A DNA stretch of 63,999 nucleotides, the filler included, from Circinaria calcarea (Eukaryota), in NCBI GenBank assembly GCA_051942165.1. It is 9 parts of 9 records of this genome, joined end to end, with 100 filler letters (N's around TTAATTAATTAA, not from the genome) between each part and the next. Parts side by side here need not be neighbours in the genome. Positions count along the whole stretch, not along the records: positions 50,203 to 57,256 come from JAVECS010001419.1; positions 57,357 to 63,999 come from JAVECS010001530.1; 7 more parts are not named here. The stretch is one strand, 5' to 3'. Numbering within the stretch: position 1 is the stretch's first letter; each line of letters starts with the position of its first letter. Below the pieces are notes generated by a model. It had not been told where the DNA came from. It worked only from the letters and a program-made list of their open reading frames with translations, and made no database searches. The position numbers and the translations under genes are program-made. Below are positions 50,203 through 60,543 of this stretch, piece after piece.

Positions 50203-51737
50203 GATGTGGTGCGGGACTACCTCTCGGCCATCTACAAACATGTCATGATGACCCTTTACCGACGCTTCGATCGAGGGGTAATGCAAATGACCAAGGTCGA
50301 CTTTGTCCTCACCGTCCCTGCCATCTGGTCCGATGCGGCAAAAAAGAAGACAGAGGATGCGGCGATCCGGGCGGGCATGGGAAATGAGCATGAGCTTCAA
50401 CTCTTGTCCGAACCTGAAAGCGCCGCAGTCTACACCCTCAAAAACCTCGACAATGCCTATTCACAGATCCGTGTTCATGATCGCATCGTCGTCTGTGATG
50501 CAGGAGGTGGAACTGTGGATCTGATATCCTATGACATCCGATCAGTCCATCCCACCCTCAGTGTCATGGAATGTGCCGCCGGCACAGGTATGCATCTATC
50601 ATGAATGTTTGGTTCGTCTATGCTAACTTCTGTCGAGGTGACTACTGTGGTTCGACATTTATTGACCGTGAATTCGAAAAGCTCTTTGCGAGAAGAATGG
50701 GGCCACATTACAGCGCAATATCGATAATCAACCGTCAGCAGGTGGTCAAAAACTTCGAGACCACCAAAAGCGCATTCCGGAATGATCCGGCTCAGCCAAC
50801 CTTCTATGTTAACGTTCCCACCGTTGGAAATCTCGAGGATGCTGGAGTATATGGAGGCAATTTTGAGATCACGCGCGAAGAGATGAAGTCTCTCTTTGAC
50901 CCGATAATCGATCAAATCGTCACTCTCATCCGAGCTCAAGTAATGACCGTCTCATCAGGCCCTCAACAAGTTAACGCAATCCTTTTGGTGGGCGGTTTCG
51001 GTGAATCAGAATATCTTTACCAGCGTGTGCATGCTTGGGCATATCAATATAACATCCAAGTGATACAACCCCGGGAGGCCTCGACAGCTATTGTTCGTGG
51101 TGCCGTGATGAAAGGACTGGAACCCAAGGTTGGGCCAGAAAAGACACAGGTCGTACGGCGAGCAAGACGATCCTACGGTGTTCCCACAAATCAACCTTTT
51201 ATTGAAGGGAAACACCTCAAGGAAGACATGTATATTGATGCTGAGTCGGGCCATAAACTGGCCAGAAACCAAATCAGCTGGTTTATTCGAATGGTCTGTC
51301 CTTTCTCTTTTCGCTCAGTTGTGCGTGTATTAATAACGCTGCTTCTACAGAATCAAGTCATGGCCGACGACCAAGTATTTAGTACGCCCACTCCTCCATA
51401 CTCACTCTCTCCCCTTTAACTAATCCTCACCTCTACAGAACACGCCTTCGTCCGGCACTTCCGCACCCTCACCACCTGGACCGACTCCCTTGTCTCCTCC
51501 ACCCTTGAAGTTCCCCCCACCCGCTGGGAACCCTCCGTCCATAAACACTGCACCATCACTTCCGACCTTACCCAACTCAATAAGAGTGCGAATTTCAAGC
51601 GCCGGTGGCGCAAATGGCGGCCATATTATACGGCAAATTACGATTTAGTGATGGGAGTGAAGAATAATAATCTAACAATTTGTTTGGAATTCGGTGGCAG
51701 GACGTATGGAGTTGCGGATGTGAAATTTGATCCGTGA
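50203..51737 (+). CDS. Atypical fungal Hsp70-like (HSPA12-like, actin-fold ATPase) protein, 5'-truncated
   Basis: Motifs LTVPAIWS, LSEPESAA, VVCDAGGGTVDLISY, CGSTFID, LLVGGFGESEYL, AIVRGA. Introns at 50588-50637, 51294-51350 and 51382-51438. Stop TGA at 51735-51737. Confidence 0.9.
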
Positions 51738-52153
51738 AAGGGGGAAAATCCAGGATATATAGTATGCAATATACTCATGACCTCGCAACTCCGAAGGACG
51801 CTCTATTACTAAGAGCAGCCTTCCCCCTAACGTATAAAGCATCACCACTTCTAATCATTATATGCTCAACCCATCATCACCCCTCAGATACAATCTAATC
51901 CGCGATTATCATATCTTCCCTCGCATGAACCAAATTCCTCACTACCCCCGCGTTCCCTCTCTCCGTACTCTATTCGTATATCTCCTTTCCTTGACTCTTC
52001 GACAGCACCCTCTCTCCTCGGCTAGACCCTCGAAGACTCAAGAAATAATTGGCCTACTGTACCGTTGCATAACTGCAGATGATATTCTTGTATTAGAATG
52101 CAAGGGTTGGTGCGCAGATCAACGCCCTACCTTCTATTAGTGGAAGGTGGCTA

Positions 52154-52314
52154 TTCACTGCGGTCACTGCGGAAGGTCGCTGTTATTATCGCAAAGACTC
52201 ACTTTCGCAGAGGTCACTGTCGCAGAGGTTATTATCGCAGAGGTCACTGCGATACAGTGGCATTGCGATACAGTGGCATTGCGACAGCGACCTACTGAAA
52301 ACCGCGATAGTGAA
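52154..52314. repeat. Small element with a 10-bp inverted repeat (AGGTCGCTGT / ACAGCGACCT) enclosing 15- and 16-bp tandem repeats
   Basis: Inverted repeat at 52174-52183 and 52284-52293. TCGCAGAGGTYAYTR x3 and GCGATACAGTGGCATT x2 lie inside. Confidence 0.55.
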
Positions 52315-52426
52315 CTTGGCCCGGAAGAAATTTTCAGGCTACTGCCCGTCTATTAATAGAGTGTGACCCTTAAAGTACCTCTTGAAATTTGGGGGTATAT
52401 TACAAGTTTCAAGCTTTTGGAGCAGG

Positions 52427-52640
52427 GCCGCCGGTAGTCCAGACAGTCCAGCTTAACAGTCTAAAACATATGTGGAAACTGCAGGCAAGTGGGGCGTTGA
52501 CTGGAAAACATATATGCACGTAGCAGAAATTGGCACGTGCGTATATGTTTCCCAATCAACGCCTTGTTTGCCTGCAGTTTCCACACATGTTTCGGACTGT
52601 TAAGCTGGACTGTCAGTTCGCAGTCCAGACTACTGGCGGC
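52427..52640. mobile_element. 214-bp foldback (MITE-like) element with ~95-105-bp imperfect inverted arms
   Basis: Left arm gccgccggtagtc..gacagtccagcttaacagt..ggaaactgcaggcaa..aaacatatatgcacgt is mirrored by acgtgcgtatatgttt..ttgcctgcagtttcc..actgttaagctggactgtc..gactactggcggc. The loop is 13 nt. Confidence 0.7.
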
Positions 52641-52749
52641 ACAAAACATGGAGCCTCACCTTCCGTTTCTACCTGGAACCTCCCACATCAACTCGCCACT
52701 GATTCCGGGCTTTCAATTCCGGCCCAGTGCCAGCTTGCAATCTTCATAG

Positions 52750-55700
52750 ATGGCAGAAGCGATAGGCACTACCGCAGCATTGCTGTCTTTGTTAGAATAC
52801 AGCTTCAAGGCTCTAGGAGTGGTCTCCAAGCTTAGGGATGCGCCGAAAACAGTCCACGAGCTTGCTCTCCAGATGAAACAGCTTCACCAGACTATCAGTG
52901 CTATCCAGGCCAATCCTGCTCTGAATACGGACACGGTTACTTTGGAGCCGATGCTCCTACTTTGCCTCGACGATGTCAAGATTGTTCGAACACAGCTCTC
53001 GAAAGTGACATGTGACCTTTCAGATGGAGTGCTCGGGAAAAGCTGGAAGTCTCTTGTCGGAGTTATCAAGGAAAAGAGTATCAAGGCATTATGTGACAAG
53101 CTTGAAAGGCACAAGAGCACGCTAACACTGTACATGGCCAATAAGAACGTGTAAGTTTGAGGCATTTAGTGATGACAATATTTGCAATGCCCTATTGGAA
53201 GTTAACAACATCCCATCTGCTTAACAAGCGGTAGCTATTTCGCCGGTTACTTCCCCACTTGAAGTGTCAATAGCGATCTCGAGGTACTTTGAACATTAGT
53301 TAAGCTAACATCAAATTAGGGTACTCCTCAGCGATATTGTCGTGAAAGTGACCTCCATGCAGCATAGTGTTAACGCAATGACGCCAAGATTCCAGGACAG
53401 CGCTGATGTGAAGTTTGTCACGGTATTAAGTCAACTTAATGCCAATCATAGTTATATTGTGAAATCAAGTCTCTCTTTTAACGATAAAATAGCTCACGAT
53501 ATCTAGATGCATGAACTAGAGACCATCAAAGCAATCAGCTCCAAGCCCGCTGCCCTTGCAGCCGAACTAGGGAAATTCAATAGTGTTCTAACTGCTCCTT
53601 CATGTGTTGATAATTTATCACCCATGAGGCGAGACAACATTGCTGCTCGAGACCTGTCAGAAGATCTTGTGGTCGAGGGCGGAGGTGTTGAATGGCGATC
53701 AGTCAATCCACCTAAGGTTGCCTTACACCTAAGTCTCCTTGAAGAGATTCGCAACCACCACAGGCGTAAATCAACCTTTCCTACGGAGTTTTCTGGCCTT
53801 GCACGGTCAACACAACTTGTTGAGGAACTACAGACAGACTTTCTTCCAGGAGATGGTAATGGTGAATCCATCAATAGTAGTAAAATACCCTATTCTCTCC
53901 AGTTCCCGCATGGCTCGACTACCCATATTGGGCGTACTTGCCGCTGCTTTCAGAAGATTCGATCAACAGCGACATGGGGTTCATCTGAAAGCATTCTTGG
54001 CTCAGGAAGTCTCTTCTTTGGGAGGCATAGAGCAAATTGTCCACTTAAGATAAGCGAGAGGGGTATCCATTCATGTCTTCGGTATGCTTTGCCGCGTTGG
54101 TTACTTAACCTGACCGTCGAGGCTCAATTCAAGATGACCTGCGGTGCTGGTGGCTTTTCTTTACCTTCATCTCTAGTCCTTAAATACACAGTCTCCGATC
54201 AATCTCCGATGATTCGCCTTCTCAGTACTTTCAGATATGAATCACGACAAGAAAGGACCCAGAACCCCATTCTGCCACGCGTACGAAACTTGTTCTTGGA
54301 GGGAAAAGCTTCACCATCCGACGTTGATGCTTCGGGCAACAACTATTTAAACGTTCGTGATAATCAATCCCAAAATATTAAGAATCAGTCTCAGATCTGA
54401 CTATTTCTAGTATTTATTAGAAATGCCTGAGATCGTTTTCAATGGCGATCTTCAGCTCTTTCTAGAACTTATTCTCTTTCTCATCCGGAGCGGAATTGAC
54501 ATAAACCAAGTCAATTTTGCAGGACAGTGAGCCTCATGGTTCCCTAAGATTGTGGGTTTTATTAATAGCAATAGGTCTCCATTGTGTCAAGCTATGACTA
54601 CGTTCTGGGCCTTCTCGTCGCTTGAAACTGTATTAAACGTGCTACAGAGGGAGGGCGCTACGTTCATCTCGACTACGCCAGAGTTAGTATTTAGGCTCCA
54701 CGTGAAGGATGACATGAAACGGCTGAACCCGTACCTTGCATGGAGAGATGGAATCTGCTATTTACGGAATCAAAAGAGTATTGCAGAAGGTCAGTTTTCA
54801 GCTTGAGTCGATGGTTACATTGCAGTAATTGATTATCTATTAGATTCTGAGCTTTACGGCCCGCTTAGCTTGGCCGTAATTGTGCGATCTCTCGTAGATG
54901 TTCGTAATCTCCTCCGAAACCATATCGGATTTGATGAGAAGAATGCTTATGGGCAAACGCCATTACATCTCTGTGGCGACTGGTCACCCGGAACCGAAGC
55001 CCTGTTAGCTGCCGGGCATGCTTACAACAGCTGCGACAGTCTTGGCCTTCGACCGCTTGATTACGCCTTGGCTTTTGGAGGGACAGAAGCGGCGTCACTC
55101 TTACTTTCAGTAGGGTGTATGCTGGCTTGTCAGCATTCCATGGAATATTGTACCACACGAGGGTTCTCATCCTGGTATTTTTTTAACAGGGATCTGGAAT
55201 CCCAACAAAATGTCTGGCCATTCCATTCAAATTGGTATGCGTTGGTAGAGGTCATTAATACAAAGAGAAAGGCGTTGGCGAAGACGGCCCGTCGGTATTT
55301 ACCTCAGGAACTGCTTCTTGAACTAGAGCGTTGCGGGACAGATGTTGACGATACACGGGCTATTGAGACCGAAAAGACACTTGTACAGCATGCCATCATC
55401 ATCCCAACAAGTATACAAACATCTAGAGTTTCCATCTATCATAGTATTTATATGATAGAAGCAGCACAGCATCTGTTTGCAACCGGTTTCAGAGATCTGA
55501 ATGCCTATGATCATCTTGGTTATACACCGTTAATGACCTGCGTCAGTCGAACGGTTTACAGCGTCTCTCAATACGAGAGAAGGCTTCCACTGTTGGAATG
55601 GATGCTTCAGCACGGGGCAAACCCGCTAAAATTGCACCGTGATCTTCATACTAATGCGCTACATGAGGCTTTGAGGCTTGTATGGTACGATACGATTGGA

Positions 55701-56315
55701 ACATCTTCTATGCGATTCTTTGGGGCCAGTACGTCCCTTGGCCGTTGGCCGTTGTTCGGCATAACCAATCAGGTTGTAAGTGGCCAAGGTATCACGTCTT
55801 CGTTCCTTCCTCCTCTTGCCCTACGTTTGCTACGGGAGGTATCTCCCTCTAGCCACGATCAATGTCGTTGCCCATGTTCGCCATCAGGCTGCACCCCTAC
55901 CACTATCCTTCACAAGTATGGCATGCCAGGCCACTCAGCCTATCAACAGATGAGGCTGGTGTACGAGTGGTTGAACGCCATCGCGTCTCTTAACGGTCCC
56001 GTAAAGGAGGTGTGTAAAGAACTTTACCGACTTCACGAGTTTGACAATCTCGGTCTCACGCACACTTGCTGCCGGGACACCTACCCTAGTGTACGTCTAC
56101 TGGATCCAGATGACGTGTTGGAAATCCAGGACGAAGAGGAAGAAATGATCGCCCGGCTGGAGAAAACGATGGGAGATTATGACAACAATCGGCATTTCAA
56201 TCGAAATGGTAATCCCAACTGGGCGGAGAGCTACTGGAGCGAACTCGTATGGAATGGCCCCCCGCCTACGTTTCGACGGGTGCAACTGCGGGATATCCAC
56301 GATGATGACGGATAA
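52750..56315 (+). CDS. HeLo-like (fungal STAND N-terminal-like) domain plus ankyrin-repeat protein, about 1050 aa
   Basis: Exons 52750-53150, 53320-53422, 53507-54352, 54411-54526, 54575-54789, 54844-56315 join in frame (3153 nt). N-terminus MAEAIGTTAALLSL..LRDAPKTVHEL. Ankyrin motifs GQTPLHL, GLRPLDYA, GYTPLM. Cys-rich DQCRCPCSPSGC and LGLTHTCC. Confidence 0.8.
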
Positions 56316-57256
56316 GATGGAGGCGATTGCGCGAACCTGGCGTACCTTGACGAATTGGTACATATTGGACAAAATACGTTTCAGACCTCCGGCAACGGTG
56401 TTTGGAATTATTTACGCACGAAACGGTAACTTTTGCAACAGATTTTAAAGGTTGGGTTTGGGCTCTGTCTTTGTTGTTTCTTTTTTTCGAACAACGCATC
56501 TAAAGTGTAAGAGATGAATTATTCAGTATTATATCATCGGTAGAAACCCCCTGGTCTACTTCCCATCGCGGGGAGTGCAAAGCATGCAAATAATGGAAAA
56601 TCGAGTTTTGGTTAATTCTATGTACCGCCTACCTGAAAGCTTCATAGGCCCGCAGACCCGCCTGCTCCCTTCCTCCTTTCCTATAACGCTTTCTGTTTTG
56701 TAGATTAAAAGGCTAAATATCAGCTGAATCGCTAATCTTAACTCCTTACATTATTTTATAGCACTACGCCATACCTTGGGCAAAATCAAGCGCCGGGAAC
56801 GGAGGAACTAGGGGCCGGGTGCTCCCAGTGCTCCCCAGGGTTGGGTTTGGCAGGGAGCAGCGGGAGCAGTTCATGTGAAGTGCTCCCAGGTGTTCCGGGG
56901 GATCCCTGGGGATCAGAGGGATTATTCGGGAGCACGGTGTAAGGGTGCTAGGATAGGCTAGACTTGTATAAGGGATAGAGTCACTCGGTGGTGCACGATT
57001 ACCGGAACGTAATATTGGTCTATTATTATTCCCTGTGTCTGGCTATAAGCATGCTATTCTAAAGAGCGGGAATAGCCTATTTATATATAATACGTTGCTC
57101 ACTCTGCTCACCTACACTGAGCAACCTTGCTCATGAGCATACTGAGTAACCGGCGTAGGGGTTCCTCTGTTCCGGAGCTAACCTTCCCCTAGTATGGCCC
57201 TGACGCCATAACATGAGCGCCCTTACCGGCCTATGAAACGATGAACTAGATATGGG

Positions 57257-57356
57257 NNNNNNNNNNNNNNNNNNNNNNNNNNNNNNNNNNNNNNNNNNNN
57301 TTAATTAATTAANNNNNNNNNNNNNNNNNNNNNNNNNNNNNNNNNNNNNNNNNNNN
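57257..57356. other. Artificial contig linker
   Basis: N44-TTAATTAATTAA-N44. Confidence 0.99.
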
Positions 57357-57511
57357 GCGGGAAGATATTAAGCGGGAAGATATTAAGCGGGAAGATATTA
57401 AGCGGGAAGATATTAAGCGGGAAGATATTAAGCGGGAAGATATTAAGCGGGAAGATATTAAGCGGGAAGATATTAAGCGGGAAGATATTAAGGGAGACAT
57501 TAAGCGGGAAG
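57357..57511. repeat. 15-bp minisatellite (GCGGGAAGATATTAA) x9 plus degenerate copies, cut by the contig start
   Basis: Nine identical units at 57357-57491 with no spacers. Confidence 0.95.
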
Positions 57512-57804
57512 TGGAAGATTAGTATAATATAATTAATAACGTATTTGTGTGGTCCCCGTTTAACTTCCACCAGTTTTGATTACAACTACCACTCTTATTA
57601 GCAGGAATTTAGAAAGGGCCTAGCACATCCTCCGTGGCTTTATATATGATACATATTCCGGCGAATAACTTCTTTCTTTAGTCCACCTGATACCTTCAAT
57701 GAGTTCAGATTAAACTAAGTCACACTTAACATTGAATCGCTATCATGTCAGAGAACATCGTGATACCACCAAGGTCCTTATCTCAGAGAAAAAGGGAGCC
57801 AACT

Positions 57805-58580
57805 ATGGAAGAGACGGTAGATCTGGAAAGAGAGCAAGATGTGCTGAACAGCAGTATCAAGTCAATTTGGAAAAGGCTAAAATCAAGCGGCAGTTTCGAT
57901 CTCGAGTGAGTTACTTTACATTCTTACTGTGTTTAGTCTATGCAGGCAGGTTTGGGATTATCTTCTAAATTCTTCTCGGCTCAGGTACTGGAGAGGGAGG
58001 GAAGAAACTGCAAGCATGACGGTTCGACGGGTCGATCTGCAGAGAAAGATATCAATTCAAAATCTCCGATTGAAAAATACAGAGGACAAGTGGGAAAACA
58101 CTGAAAAGGGTAGGAAGATCAGAGAGCAAACGGAGATATTCAGCCTCGAGGAGCGTCTTATCAGAAAGCGATTACAGAAGTTGGAGAGAGCCCCTGAGGG
58201 CCCAGACTTCCAATCTATGAAGGCTGGGATCTCATGAGTATAGACCCAAGGCCCGTTACTTGTACTTTCATTTTGTTTGTTCCATGCTACGTAGGGCATG
58301 GAATTACAAGGAAAAAAAGGAGAAGGTGGTGACGGATCAACTGGGTAAGAAGTTCTGGGGTACTCCGCGCCCCTATATGCGGCGGACTATGCTGCAGGCG
58401 TTTATTACCGAAGTCGGGCACGAGTTTGAGGAGATTCTAGTGGGCGCTGAGACAGGGAAGGAGGGAGGACAAGAGCTGGACTATACTGCTCTTGCCGCCG
58501 CTGCACAATAAATAATATTTTCGAATCGGAAGGACATGGCATACGAGAGTGATAGTGAAGATGATGGTGACGACGAATAG
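57805..58580 (+). pseudogene. Possible small charged/coiled-coil hypothetical gene, apparently disrupted
   Basis: MEETVDLEREQDVL.., then a GTGAGT..CAG intron, then ..QVWDYLLNSSRLRYW..EERLIRKRLQKLE, then in-frame TGA/TAA stops and an acidic tail ESDSEDDGDDE. No family recognised. Confidence 0.35.
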
Positions 58581-59186
58581 TTAGGTACAGGAAGGATGAC
58601 GAGAGAAGTTATAGACTTGCCTATAGTTTTACTAGCTCGTACCGCCCCTGTGAGCTCGAGCTAGGAACGATGCCGAGAGAATGTACTCCTCGATATGTCT
58701 GCGATCTTTCTCTCTGATTGTACTGTAGGCAGGTAGGCGTTTCTCGCGGTAATAGGGAAAAGTTCTTCGACTCCAGGATATCTCTCCAGTTTACGAAAGA
58801 TTATCAATTCGTAACTTGCGAGTTGCAAGGGCATGCCGTACGGGTAAATCTTAAGCCCGCTGGGCAAACCCCTTTCTTGATATTTCCTTGATAGCGAGAA
58901 ACTAGTTAAAATAATTTAACTTTCCGTCGTGACAGTATATGCAGCACAGGCTCCTGAGGATCATTAATCCTTTCTATAACGTATTGAGTCCAAAGAGAAA
59001 GGATGCCGTGAAATGCGATTTTTGGAGCCTTATATACGGCCCGTTTGCGCCCCAGAAGCATTTATGCTTTGTTCGATGGGTCCAAGCTTATATTAAACTC
59101 GAATCCAACCCACCCGCAGCCAAATATTCTGATCTATTATAATATGGGATTATGCTTTAATGTGCTTCACGCCCTTATTATATATC

Positions 59187-59365
59187 CACGCACTTGATAA
59201 AAACAGTGGTTAATTATTTAATTTAATTGCTGAAGCGTAGCTCCCATTAATAATGGGCGTAAAGCCCCCGGAGCCCAGGAGCTTACCACCAACCGAGGGC
59301 CTTTATTAGGCGACCAACTCCGGTGGGGGGAAATCAGAAAATAACCACTTTTTGGGTCATGCGTG
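59187..59365 (+). mobile_element. MITE-like element, copy A (~180 bp)
   Basis: Imperfect TIRs cacgca..aaaaacagtggtta / taaccacttttt..tgcgtg. The internal sequence is homologous to the reverse complement of copy B. Confidence 0.7.
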
Positions 59366-59833
59366 TGGTATCTTACACCGTTATTACGACTATGGTATAG
59401 CCGCGTCAGATATGCTAAGCCCCAAAAGCAGCGCGAAGATTCTATATTAATAGTTCAATTATACTCCGCCTTATCTGAACGTCTGAAAATTCCTTAGTTT
59501 TATGCTCAGCCACTCCACCCCCACGAATATCTCTGTACTTCCTGCCTAATCTGATAATTATTTCATCGGTTTTTACGAGGGAAAACTACCTGCTCGAATG
59601 ACAGCGTGGGAGTTTGCTATCTTAATACTATTTCAAATAAACAAGCACCTCAATTTATCGATTTGCCTGGACTATACTTCTTAATCAAAAAACAGATCAA
59701 TATATGGTGGTTAATTTGTGCCTACTTATCTTATTTGCAAAAGGGAAACCGGACACGCTTTTGCAGAAGCATCCTGCTCGTAAACATCAGCACTAGCACT
59801 ACAGAGTAGCACGTCCCTAATTACAACGCCCCA

Positions 59834-60012
59834 ACGCGCATAACAAAAAAAAGGTGGTTAATTACTAATTTTCCCCACTGTAGTTGCTCGCCTAATAAAG
59901 GCCCCTGGAATTGTGGGGGGCCTTGGATTCCGGGGACTCTACGCCTGTTAGTGGGAGCTACGGTGGGCTACTTTAATTCAACATTTAACCACTTTTTTTT
60001 TGTCATGCGCGT
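59834..60012 (-). mobile_element. MITE-like element, copy B (~180 bp), inverted relative to copy A
   Basis: TIRs acgcgcataacaaaaaaaaggtggttaa / ttaaccactttttttttgtcatgcgcgt. Shares the internal blocks cgtagctccca and gggcctttattaggcga with copy A. Confidence 0.75.
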
Positions 60013-60543
60013 GAGGGATAGCCAAGTCCTCGGAGTACTATCTAATGCCTAAAACAGAGGAGCGCTTGGTTCCAAAGTCCACGGAGGAATTTCCAATAGT
60101 AAATCCGTCATGCTGATGTACTTGAGGCCCTGCCTGGTTCAAACTGCTTCTACGGTCCTTCCCGCCCAGCCTCACCTACCGAATTTCAGCCTCACCAGCT
60201 GACTGTACAAAAGGATGAACCTCAATATGCGCAGCGAATAGTTCGCCTTGCCTAGATTGACTTGAAGCTTACTGCGGTTTTTTCGCGGCCGTGCTGGTCG
60301 GGCCTTACTCCTAGATGAGTGGTACTCCTTCTATAATTTCAAGACTCGTCAGGAGGATACGTGGGTATACGAGGCTGAGGATGGAAAGGAAGAGAGGGAA
60401 CTGGGGAGAGGACTCGATTAGGTGTGGTAGAAATTTGAATTATATACAAGTATATACTCTGGCCCTTTGATGCCTTTCTTCTTTATCCAGAACAATTTTT
60501 CCATATTCTCCTTTTACGTTTTCTTCCTCAATCTCAATCCACA

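Noticed and set aside
57357..57511. CRISPR-like array
   Set aside because: Contiguous identical 15-mers with no spacers, in a eukaryotic context with no cas genes. It is a minisatellite.
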